Origin: Schmidtea nova
Lineage: Eukaryota
Length of the DNA stretch: 64,000 bases
Direction of reading: 5' to 3'
NCBI GenBank assembly: GCA_044892505.1
Contig: CM097882.1
Location: 278,690,001-278,754,000, forward strand
Part shown: positions 1 to 11,928 of the stretch, piece after piece
Layout: each line of letters begins with the position of its first letter
Position numbering within the stretch: position 1 is the stretch's first letter
Notes under the pieces: generated by a model
Database searches by the model: none
The model's input: the letters and a program-made list of their open reading frames with translations, nothing else
What the model was told of the DNA's origin: nothing
Translations under genes and position numbers: made by a program

Positions 1-159
1 ATTACATAACAAAATATCTGAAAATATATGTTATATCATCACAAATATGAAATATTATCATATACAAAGGATATAATCACATACAAAAGTTCATTACACA
101 TACAAAATATACTATCATATATCAACATACCTTAATGTAACAGTAATAATTGTTCAAGT

Positions 160-1140
160 AATAAGCTGTTGCACATAAAAACCATCACAAAAGATGTTCT
201 GATACTAGGGTTCTGCTACTAAATGTTCTGCTAGTCATGTTATGCTACAGTATAAAATTAATGAAAGTTATATGAATGGAAATAAATGTTTCAAACATTA
301 CAGTAAATTATACTTTAAAATGAGGTTGAATGCATGAAATATCGTCATACTATAGTGCAAATACATTAAAATACTCACAAAATGATATTAGATACATCAA
401 ATATTATCTTACTGTAGTTTGATAACATATTAAAAATAGATCATATAAAATTTCATCACAAAATACATAGATATTCATATACAAATTATCACAAAAAAAG
501 AAAAAAAATACAAACATACACAAAATATTATCACAAAATATCACAAATACATTAGAAATACATATCAAATATATATGAAATGTCATCACAAAGTATCATT
601 AAATATATGAAATATCATAATTCTATAGCGTAATTACAAGAAAATATCCACAAATTCTCACAAATACTATGAAATTCATCAAAGATACATTGAAATTCAT
701 CAAACAAGAAATATTCACATAATAATTGTCATTAAAAGAGTATCAGTAATTGTAATATACTTTCACAATTTGCCTGTTACATTGATCGAAGCTCATATGC
801 TAATGATTGTTATTTTAGTACATGTGTGAATAATAAGCTTTTGCACATAAAAACCATCACAAAAGATGTTCTGTTACTAAAGGTTCTGTTCGAAATGTGC
901 TGCTAGTGGATAAATTTAATGAAAATTATACGAGTGACAATAATTTGTTAGAGTAAATTCTACATTAAAATGAGGAAAAACAATAGAGAAATTATTAATT
1001 GGTGAAAATATTAGAACAAATGATGCTGAATGAATTAGAATAAATGTTCGAGTAATAAGCTTTAGCAGATAAAAACCATCACAGAATAGGTTCTGATACT
1101 AAATGTTCTGTTCGCAATGTTCTGCTAGCATGAAATTAAT
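160..1140. repeat. Three dispersed copies of the AAAACCATCACA-(GTTCTG)n module
   Basis: Copies at ~160-330, ~830-975 and ~1055-1140. Homologous to ~10975-11085 and ~23310-23410 (TIRs) and ~12517-12600. Confidence 0.8.
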
Positions 1141-1474
1141 ATAATAATAAAATGATAGTCTGTGACAAAATAAAATGTTGAAATAGTTATTGGAAATATA
1201 TAGTCTGTAACAAAAATGTGAAATAATTATTGGAAATATATAGTCTGTGACAAAATAATTATTGGAAATACGCACGAAAATAAATTAAAATAATATCAAA
1301 CTGTACATCATAGTTTTAATTTCTTGTAAAAAACAAAGCGGGTTATCAAAATTCATGTTCTAAATAAAATTTTACAATTTAAAATACCACAACGTAAAAT
1401 ATTTATAAAGTACCACAACGTAATAAAAGCTGGTATATAGCTATTACAATTTTATAAGTAATTCATTTTTAACT

Positions 1475-1795
1475 ATGAATTCTGAACAATATAATGATAA
1501 TAAAGTTAATGAACCTATTTCAATAAAGGGAGTTTCGATGCCTGAAAGTCCTAAACTTTCAAGAAAACGTACAAGTAAATTTATATTTATTTTTATAAAG
1601 TTATTATTATTATTATAATATTTATTAGAAATTAACAGTCCAATTGAAGAATTACAGAACATAATATATTCTTATTTGGATTCGAAAGAAAGATTAATTT
1701 GCAAGCTTCGAAAAAAGAATATAGAAATAATCAAGCTGAAAATAGAAAATGAAAGATTGTTAAATCAAGTCAGAGAATCGAAAGATGATCAATGA
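1475..1795 (+). CDS. Two-exon 88-aa orphan protein with C-terminal leucine-zipper-like coiled coil; join(1475..1574,1629..1795)
   Basis: ATG at 1475; 54-nt GTAAAT...TTAG intron (1575-1628); open spliced frame MNSEQY...SPKLSRKRTKINSPIEELQ...KLKIENERLLNQVRESKDDQ*; AATAAA at 1796 directly after the stop; TATA-like sequence at ~1435. Confidence 0.65.
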
Positions 1796-2065
1796 AATAA
1801 AATATTTTTAATAGTTTTTTAGTTATTTTTTCTTCTATAACATTTGAGTTAAAATTTTATTAGTATAGTTGTTGTTGTTGTTGTATTAAATAATAAACAT
1901 TTTAATTAATAATCTTTTTCAATGTACAGTAAAGCTATCGAGTTTTTGTTTTATATCATCCTAGTTAAAATTTTATTAATATAGATACATAATTTATAGT
2001 AAAGCTATTGATGACATATATGAATATTTAAAGATATGAAGAGGTAAAATAATTAATATCATATT

Positions 2066-2099
2066 TCAGACCATGTGCACATCTCAATTACCTTTTGTT

Positions 2100-2137
<38 letters not shown>

Positions 2138-3060
2138 AGGTTTGAATAAGGATTTGTAACACACACACACTCGTCTGGCAAATTGTAACACATACACCAT
2201 AATTACCTTTCGAATGATATGTATATTATAAGGTTTGGATAAGGATTTGTAACACACACACACACGTCTGGCAAATTGTAACACACACACACACTCATCT
2301 CACAATTACCTTTTGTTTGATATACATATTATATAGTTTTAAAAATTTGAACCTTGGACCCTTCAAGGGTATGACCTTTGAAGGTATGACCATTGTGTGC
2401 ACATTTCAATTACCTTTTGTTTGATATATAACTTATAAGGTTTGAAGGTTTTTGACCCTTTGAAGGTTGAGCACCCACCATAGACCTTCGAGGGTATGAC
2501 CAGCATACCTACCTCTCAATTACCTTTTGTTTGATATATATATTATAAGGTTTGAAAAAGATTGAAGGTTTTTGACCCTTCGAAGGTCAAGGACCCTCCA
2601 TACACCTTCAAGGGTATGACCAGCATACCTACTTCTCAAATACCTTTCGAATGATATATATATATATAAGGTTTGTAAAAGGTTGAAGGTTGAGCACCCT
2701 TTGAAGGTTGAGCACCCTTTGAAGGTTGAGCACCCACCATAAACCTTCGAAGGTATGACCAACATACCTACCTCTTAAATACCTTTCGAATGATATATAT
2801 ATTATAAGGTTTGAAAAAGGTTGAAGGTTTTGCACCTTTTGAAGGTTAAAGACCCTCCATAAACCTTCGAAGGTATGACCAACATACCTACCTCTTAAAT
2901 ACCTTTCGAATGATATATATATTATAAGGATTGAAAAAGGTTGAAGGTTTTGCACCCTTTGAAGGTTAAAGACCCTCTATAAACCTTCGAGGTTATGACC
3001 ATTGTATAGACCTCTCCAAGACCTTTCGAATGATACCCTTGTTTGAAGGTTTGACCTTAT
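2066..3060. repeat. Complex ~120-bp tandem repeat array (subterminal repeat of the second element)
   Basis: Repeated units CTCAATTACCTTT...ATAAGGTTTGAA...GAAGGTT with embedded ACCTTCGAAGGT palindromes (2743-2754, 2863-2874) and 19-bp subrepeats TTGAAGGTTGAGCACCC(T). Confidence 0.9.
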
Positions 3061-5689
3061 TTAACCTTTGGAAATTCAAATTTAAAATTTGAATTTGAAA
3101 TGAGTCATCGATGACGTCATAAAATTCAAATTTGAAATGAGTCATCGATGAGTCATAAAAATGATGAGTCATCGACGAGTCATAAAAATGATGAGTCATC
3201 GATGACTCATCAAAAAAAATTTTTTTCTACCCCCCGGGGGGGGTCTTTGTTTTTTTTTTCCGCCCACGCATGAGTCATAATGTCTTTGTTCCCGGCTCCA
3301 CACATCTACCTACTGTTAATGATTATTCAAAAAAATAATTAATTGAATCACAGGTTGAAAAATCAACATATTTCAGGCAGAAAAAGTGGAAACAGAAGGT
3401 TGTTAAATATATATGAAATATTATAAAATTGAAAATGCGTCCATAGAAAGAATTAATACAAATTAATTAATTATAAATTTTAATGAATCCATCAATTATT
3501 GCGAAAAACAAAAAGTTGGTTTTAATCCCTCACTAAATCATTTATATGCAAACTGTCAAACTAAGACCGATCGGGTTTCCGAGAAGAAGCCCAAAATAGA
3601 AGAACAGTGGTATAACAAAGAAAAATTTAAGTAAAAAATTACCATTTCGAGCCATCAAGAGATATCATAGTTAAGGAAATTATTTGACTTTGAAAGATAT
3701 TATTATAATAGCGGAAAACTTATAATATTTTATAGCAATAAAGATTTAATTGTTTGGTTTGTAATACTGACTCATATTAAAAAGAAAGACCGGAGTCAGA
3801 ACGTTTCTGATAACCGGCCAACTTGAATATAAACCCAACAAATCTTAGATGCTGAAAATTTATAAAATCTGCAATATTAAACAAATTAGCATCCATTATC
3901 AACCATAAACAAAAATAAAATCTCTGCCACGAGGTAATTTTATCAATACCGTGAACATCAGCTCAATCATAAAAATTCCAGTGTTTATCATCGTTTATGC
4001 AAAAGTAGCAACAACGACTTCATACATCCTACACGAAAATGAAAATGGTGACGCGCACCAATCAAATTCACTTGTGTGTGTCAACCGCTATAAATATAGA
4101 CGTTAATAAGAATGCGTTTATTTTGCTTGGAAATCGTTATCTCTTAGAAATGAACTTGACCGTATGACTTTTTTTCTATTGATAGATATCCCGTAACTTA
4201 TTAGAAAAAAATGAATTGCAAATAAGTGCCACGAGATTATAAAACCAACAGCTTAGCTTACGAGACAAATCAACAACCCTATGATGTCAGATTTTTATTC
4301 GGTTTTTCTAATTTATAAGCTCAATTTGATGTACCAAAGGAGAAGTTATTAGGGACACAAGGAATATCTATCAATTAAGGAAGAGTTAATACCAACCAAG
4401 ATATTGAAAAGAATGTTAAGCGACCACGGTTACTTGGTAATCGAATATGGGGATAGTTTATAGCTTATTACAACATAGGAGTATCAGAGTGACAAAAGTG
4501 GAATGTGATCTTAAAGAAAGAACCTCATAAAACAATATAATCGAAAATTTCTGACAGCCTATACTACATAAAGTTTATTTCAATGGGACTACTATCGAGT
4601 CAAATTCGACTCCAGATAGGTTTTGTCTTCCCTAATATAACTTGGAACTATAGATTCGATATCCAACCATAGTTAGTCACATCTCTACAGACGCATGGTT
4701 CTTCAAACTTGCCTAAACAAGTTCTACAGCAAGTCAGCTGCATAATGATTTTTTTTATTTTTCGCTGTGTTATTCTATTTTGTATTAATCCTGTTTGTCT
4801 TTTTCTTGTGTTCCATTTCTTTGGTAGATTTCCGGCTAATTGCGACTGTAATATCCTTTGATAAAATTACATAAATATTCTAACGAATTCATTATTGTAC
4901 TCTATTAGTAAATGTAATTACTAGTCAATATATTGTTTGATTGATACAAGAAGTTTGAGAGATAGATATGAACGAATTTCGAATATTAAAAGTTTTCTTC
5001 AGCCTATGGATAGTATTATCGACTCTTTGAGAGCGGATCTAGGAGAAGTCTTGAACAAGAAAGAAGTGACTCAACAACACGCGGACTTTTTGTTGCAAAG
5101 ACATCAGAAGTTGGAGCACACTTGGTTTCGGCACGAGCAAATGAATCATGCTAGGAAACAAATACGTAGCTACAAAATCATGAGCAGAGGGATATGAACA
5201 ATTAAATATTTACTATGAATTTTTTGATTTTTGATATTTTATGAGATTCAAGTATATAAAATACAATAGATAAAATAAGCTTAAATGACTTAAGGAAAAC
5301 ACGTCTAGACCAGTTTGCCGGTGTCTGAACAACCTGCAAATTTTGTAATCTGAATCCTTTATCAATACTTCATGCTCAGGGAGTTGAATGATTAGTGTAA
5401 ACCAAAGGAAATAAAAGTGATAAAATTTTACGAACTAAACGAAGATATTTTTTTTGAATGGTTTCTGGAATAAAGTTCGAATATGCTTGTAGATACAAAA
5501 TTTTCAATATGTGGTAAATTATATTCAGATCAGAGTACAATATAATAGGTGTAGTGTTTTGATTTTTTTATTAACTTTGATAATTTTAGGTGCCTGTGCG
5601 GCACAAGCACCTAAAATTATCAAGGTTAATAAAAAAATCAAAACAAAATTAGAGTGCGTACACTACACCTATTATATTTCAAATATTAT

Positions 5690-7291
5690 ATATCAAATTA
5701 CTGTAGAAGAACATTTTTTGGGTTTTGTAGAAATAGCTGATTCTACTGGAGAAGGTTTGTTTAAAAGCATAGTTGTTAAGTTAGAAGATTTAAATATAAA
5801 TTTAAAACCTACGTGGACAGGGCTATGATAATGGCTCTAACATGCGTGGTAAACACAGCGGTGTTCAAAAACGCATTTTGGATAAGAACCCTCGAGCATT
5901 TTGTGTACCATGCGTAGCTCACACGTTGAATCTAGTAGTATGTGATGCTGCTAAAGTTAATACAGAAACTATAATTTTTTTAGTGCTTCCACAAAACGGT
6001 GGGATGTTTTAAAACAATATAGCAAAATAACGCTTAAACCTTTATCGGATACACGATGGGAATCAAGAATTGATGCTCTTAGCCCAATAAAAACAATATT
6101 GGTGATTATTTAGACGCTTTACTTGCCATCCATGATAATGACAGAAATGACAACAACACAAAATCTGAAGCTAAATCTTTGGCATTGAAGCTTGACTACG
6201 AATTTGTTTGTTCGCTGATAATTTGATATGACATTTTAAGCAGGATTAATGTTGTGAGCAAGATGTTTCAATCTTCAAGTACCAACCTAAATGAATCAAC
6301 AAATAGTTTAAATAATTTAATAACTTTTTTTAAAGAATTTCGTTTAGATGAAAATTTTAATAATATACTTAAAAAAGCTACAGTTTTGGCACATGATATT
6401 GACATAGCTCCTCAATATAAAGAAAATCCATTACATAGGCGTAAAAAACGTATGTTTAACTACGAATGTCGAGATGAAAGTCTGGCAGACCCGGAAAAAA
6501 GCTATAAAATTTCATTTTTTCTTCCAATTGTTGACAGTGCAATTAACTCAATAGTCAAAAGATTTGAACTTATGAATAGTCATGCCGAAAAGTTTCAATT
6601 TCTCATAAATTTTAATGAAATTTATAATTTGGATAATGAGATACTAAGAAATAAATGTACAGATTTACATAATGTGTTGACTGATGGTGAAGATATAGAT
6701 ATAAGTTCTTCAGAATTATGTAACGAACTGTGTATATTTTAAGACACCATAACTCAACTTAATAGTTTTGATCCATTAGATATATTGCAGTATATTTATT
6801 CAAATGATTTATTTGATATATTTCCAAATATAGTTGTATCTTTGAGAATATTATTAACACTACCAGTCTCAGTAGCAGCTGGCGAAAGATCATTTTCCAG
6901 ACTTAAACTAATTAAGAATTATTTACGATTAACCATTTCTCAAGAAAGACTAGTTGGCCTGTCTTTGATTGCTATTGAAAGCGATATCTGTGACAAAATC
7001 AAAATTAATGATGTATTGGATGAATTTGCTTCCATAAAAAAGCAAGAAAAATAAAATTTTAAATGAAACATTGTGGTTTTCTAATTTATATATATATATA
7101 TATATATATATTTATAAGATTTCTGTTTATTTTTTTTATGAATTAATGTTTAATTATACAGTAAATCTTTTTAATAATAAAATTATAATACTTTACTGTG
7201 AAATTTGAGTTTTATTTATGACATAATTTCCTATAAAAAGCGCTTAACAGAAAGTTGCATCAAGGCGCCAGCACCACTAGAGCCGGGCCTG
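5690..7291 (+). mobile_element. 5'-truncated hAT (ZMYM1-like) DNA transposon with frameshifted transposase and 3' TIR
   Basis: Motifs EEHFLGF, (G)YDNGSNMRG, CVAHTLNL, LKPLSDTRWESR and the hATC dimerisation motif LPVSVAAGERSFSRLKLIKNYLR, split across frames. Terminus AGAGCCGGGCCTG at 7279-7291. Confidence 0.88.
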
Positions 7292-10200
7292 CCTGTGCCA
7301 TTGTTATTTTTGACTCCCCTATTTGGCTTGGTTGAATTTTTTGAGTTATAATTATGATAATGATAAAATAATAAAATCTAAAAATAAATCGATATAACAA
7401 TTTCTATAGTTAACTAAAATAACTTTAGAAATTGCTAAGCACAAAAATATGAAAAATTTAAGAAACTATGCCAAATGTGTAATATGCTAAACAGTAGAAA
7501 ATAGAACTTTGAATAAATTTATATCTTACTTGAGTATATTTTTTATATTTTATCCTGTTATATTAAATAAAGTTTGAATATTTATTCGTCATAAATTTGT
7601 TATTTATTTCTGCATAAAAAATTATATACACACGCATACATCTATACACTTATATAGCATTCACCCCAACAGTCCCGAAACAAATGTTACTGGAGACTTT
7701 TTTGGGCTCTTCAAACACCCACAACCACATACACTTACTACAACATCATTTACTATAATTTAATTAGGAATTCACAATAGTAGGCATTATCTTTATTGTA
7801 CTTTTGGGTTAGAAAAACCAGTCTTTTAAAAATAATAAGAAAATCCAGTGCAAAAGTTAATTAAAAATACATACACAAGACATTAAACGAGAAAATAAAA
7901 GGGAAATACATCATTTAGAGGAAAAAGAATAAGTAAAACAAAGAAAATAGGTAGAATAACCATAAAACAATAAAAAATGGTTAACAAGAAATAAAAAAGA
8001 TAAAAGTATAAAAAATCATGATGGCGACCAAAATTAATTAAAAAAGAAGTTCAGAATGTCAAATCGGCCAAACAAAATAATGAGGTTACAAAGATAAAAC
8101 AATTTGTTGATATTTTAGAAAAAACTAAGAAAATGTGTGTAGAACGTCACTGAATGGTCGAAATCACCAACACAATATCCTGAGTGTAGTATAAGGACTT
8201 AGTTAAATTACTCACATTAGAATTACAGAGCAAGAATTAAAATCTTTCACACATTACCATATCAGAGTTCATCGAAAGCCAGCATATCGGCATGAGTGGA
8301 TCTTTATGCCAGATGGAAAGGATACATTCCTGGTAGGAGGAATGGCAACAAACGACCATCCTGAATGACTGAGTAACTCTGGGGTAAACAGTTACTACCG
8401 AGCGGAATGCGGGTCCACACTATTGAAACCACTGAGAAGGTTCTAAAATCACTTAATTGCTCATATTACATGCACACTCTGAGCGAAGCTTATTGTGTAA
8501 CCCTAAAATTAAGGTAACGAATATATTGTTGGGTTATTAGGTTGTCCGTGAAGTTTAAAAATTACCACTCAAACTTCTAACTAATTATTCTACTAATCAA
8601 TAGAATAACAATTACAACAGGAATTTTTATTGATATCACAACTGGTTTCACAATTACACTGATATACTAAATCAATAATATGAAGCAATTATACAATACT
8701 TATTAGAACACTATTGTGAGGAATAACACTTGTGTACAATTTCTATCTAACGATCACCAACTACTGATTTATATTTATTAAAGGGTAAACAACTATTTGT
8801 TTCTTTCGCTTTGACTTGAAATTCGGCTTACAAACTTTTCAACAAATTTATCAATAATCAACTTCCAATACATTTTCAATAATCAATTTCACAATAAACT
8901 TTTCTCAATCAATTTTTCTCCGCAAATTTCTTCACAAACTTCTGTTACAAAATCGTTTCACAAAGACTTCTCCCAAAAAAATTCTGTCTAAAACTGTTGT
9001 ATCTTCCTTTTTATAGTTTTCTATTCACCGGCACTTGTGGTGATTTACTTTTTCTCCCATTCTTGCCGCTGTCATTTCCAAATTTCTTTTGCTCCGGTAT
9101 TGCCCATAGCCGTTCGGCACTCTGGGCAATTTATTTTTTCCTTTTTGTCGCTGGCTTTTCCCAATGTTATCTTTCCTGTGTTATCTTTGACATCTGTCAA
9201 GATACCGGTTTTGTTTTTGTTTTGTTTTCCCCAATTCAGGAATTCCATGTTATTTTCTTGCTCTTATTAATTATACATGATTTTATCTGTTTTATTGTTT
9301 AATTTCTATTATTTTGTTACTCTTTCCTCATTTCTCAACTTTTTGGTTTTCCGTTTTCTTCCTCAAGTTATTCGAATTATTTATAATATTATTTATTATG
9401 TTGGCCCCGCCAAATCACCTAAAAACACAATAAAAGAGCGAAAACACAAAACAATAAGAAAATAATAAACATAAAAATAACAAGAAAAACAAATTAAAAA
9501 TAACAATAAAACGACAAATAATATTTGATAAAATTTCAGTAAAAGGAAATTTTGAAAATAAGCCGGTAAACAACAGCAAAAGGGGGCCTGAAATAAGAAA
9601 AGATAGAATTAAATAAAATAATAGTGCAAATAATTAATTAATTACTCGAAAAATCAGGACCACCCAGCGAGAAACCGGAAAAGGAAACAAAATAATGTTT
9701 AGGTTAGAATAAAATAATAAAAATACTTTGAAGGACGGCCTGATCCTGATTGGTCAATCCAACCAGACGGATCAGTATAAATACCGATCCAAAAATCACA
9801 ACAACAGACTTTTTACTTTTAACTTACAATCAAGACTAAACTTTGATTTTAAGAAATATTTTATCTAACGGAACGATACTTTTTCAAGAAACAGATTTAC
9901 TGCAAAGCCAAGGAAACCTACAATAATACATTCAACTACGGAACGTAATATTTTATTTTTGTTTCTTTTATGATAATAATGTACCCATGATTTTTACTCA
10001 ATTATAATTTTGTATTTTAAAGTTACTTTATTTTTGATATTGATATTTTAATGCATATAGTTATACTTCCTAGGCTGCTCACGCGGCGAGGGAGTCCGAG
10101 TCGTCGTTGTGGGGCCACACGGTCTCACATGGCGGTTCAACCTTTTTATTCTCTTAATTTTTAGATATAGTTCGAGGAGGATTAAAGATACTAAATTATC

Positions 10201-10416
10201 ACTAATAAATTTTTGATTCACATCTAGTTATTTGAGAAACGTTTTCATGATGATTTATGGAATTTTTTCGACGAATTGCGAACTAAAATTAAAATATCGC
10301 ATAATCGGTTGCACAGAGGGCATGTCGTGGGGCACAGTGGGAAAGGCGGAAAGAGCTACCAGAAGGTAGGCAGCACCAAAGGAAAGTCAGGTATTAGCCT
10401 CCCAAATCCTGAGATC

Positions 10417-11312
10417 AGTAGGTAGATGTGTGGAGCCGGGAACAAAGACATTATGACTCATGCGTGGGCGGGAAAAAAAGAACAAAGACCCCCCGGGGGG
10501 TAGAAAATTTTTTTTGATGAGTCATCGATGAGTCATAATTTTTTTTTGATGAATCATCGATGAGTCATAAATTTTTTTTCAAAATTTTTTTTCGCGCCAA
10601 ATTTTTTTTTTCAAAATTCTTTTTCGTGGCACATTTTTTTTTTCAAAAATATTTTTCGCGCCAAATTTTTTTTTCAAAATTTTTTTTAGACAATTTTTTT
10701 TTTAACACTAATTTTTTAACACAAATTTTTTAACATAAATTTTTTATTTCAAGTCAAATTTTTTAACACACAATTTTTAACACAAATTTTTTAACATAAA
10801 TTTTTTATTTCAAGTCAAATTTTGTAACACCAAATTTTTTTACAAAAAATTTTAATTTAACACAACTTTTTTATAACTAAAAATTAGAGTCGTCAAAAAT
10901 ATTTGCAACAGGTGTGCAAAATAAACAAAGACATTTTTATATGTGTGCATGTTTAATTAATTATTATTTGTCAAGTATGAAAATTTTGCACTTCAAAACC
11001 ATCACAGAAGGGGTTCTGCTTCCAGGGTTCTGATCGCAATGTTCTGCTTCCAGGGTTCTGATACTAAATGTTCTGCTACTATTGTTGTTATTTAATTATT
11101 ATTATTATCTGTCAAACTAAACAAAGACTTTGCAACATGCGTGCAAGTTAACAAAGAAATTGCAACACACGTGCAAGGACTTTGCAACACGCGTGCAACA
11201 TGAACAAAGACATTGCAATACACATGCAAACTAAACAAAGACACATGCGTGCAACACATGTGCAACATAAACAAAGACATTAAAAAGCCAAAATTTATTT
11301 ATAAATATATCG
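10417..11312 (+). repeat. Left terminal inverted repeat (at least 896 bp)
   Basis: Reverse complement of 23056-23988, with a few substitutions and small indels or homopolymer differences. Confidence 0.95.
10453..10665. promoter_or_regulatory. AP-1 (ATGASTCAT) array and double-overlapping E2F sites in the left TIR
   Basis: ATGA(C/G)TCAT at 10453, 10517, 10528 and 10560. TTTCGCGCCAAA at 10590-10601 and 10654-10665, with a degenerate copy between them. Mirrored in the right TIR (23734-23745, 23797-23808). Function is inferred. Confidence 0.6.
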
Positions 11313-11864
11313 TTGTGTACGTGTACAAAATTTAGTTTCAAAATTATTACTCGGAATATTATTCATAGGAATATTATTATTCATTGTAATATTATTCATC
11401 GGAATACTAGTATTTGTCGGAATATTATTCTTTGGAATATTTGAAATCTTCTCCAGCCGTATGGATGCCGATAACATCAGTATTATTATTAATATAAATA
11501 AACTTATATAATGTAATACAATTGCTGTTTTTTCGTTTTCAACTGTTTGATTTTGATATCTGACTTCATATTCTTTTTTAACAAAGGTTTGATTGATACA
11601 TTTTAATCGTTCGACTATTTTCATCATTATTTTGTTAATCATTTTTTCAATATCTTTATTAATCACATTATTTTTGGAAGGACATTGATTACATTGTAAT
11701 TTTATTTGATTGCATTCAATGTTTGAGTAAAGACATATATCGTTATAACTCGCGCAAGTAAGATCTTGTTTTCGAAACGGATGGGATGATTGACAATCTT
11801 CCAAAGCTTGTTCTCCTTCAGTATTGTCAACACATAATAATAAAATAACTATAATTAATTTCAT
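11295..11864 (-). CDS. 189-aa putative type I membrane glycoprotein (signal peptide, Cys-rich ectodomain, TM, Asn-rich tail)
   Basis: Hydrophobic N-terminus MKLIIVILLLCV; six clustered Cys plus one more; two NQT sequons; TM AIVLHYISLFILIIILMLSASI; IPxNN repeats. The stop codon and AATAAA lie inside the TIR. Confidence 0.75.
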   Translation of the reverse strand: MKLIIVILLLCVDNTEGEQALEDCQSSHPFRKQDLTCASYNDICLYSNIECNQIKLQCNQCPSKNNVINKDIEKMINKIMMKIVERLKCINQTFVKKEYEVRYQNQTVENEKTAIVLHYISLFILIIILMLSASIRLEKISNIPKNNIPTNTSIPMNNITMNNNIPMNNIPSNNFETKFCTRTQRYIYK

Positions 11865-11928
11865 TTTAAAAACAAAAACTAATATAAAAACTAAATTTGT
11901 TCATACTAAAATATTTATTAAAAAACAA

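Larger units (their letters stand above)
1..3314. mobile_element. Terminal part of a second Polinton-related element (other end outside the window)
   Basis: About 3165-3314 is nearly identical to the right end of the main Polinton (~23860-23988) and ends in the same ...CACACATCTACCTACT at 3314, followed by GTTAAT (candidate TSD). The AAAACCATCACA...GTTCTG module at ~160-240, ~830-905 and ~1055-1130 is also found in the main element's TIR. Confidence 0.8.

Noticed and set aside
2066-3060. CRISPR-like appearance of the repeat array
   Set aside because: The intervening sequences are themselves repeats rather than unique spacers, there are no cas genes, and the context is eukaryotic.
3480-4740. 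Possible decayed non-LTR retrotransposon or other coding relic
   Set aside because: The composition looks coding-like, but I could not read any diagnostic RT or endonuclease motif.
4937-5197. 86-aa ORF
   Set aside because: Non-ATG start, no motif and no supporting context.
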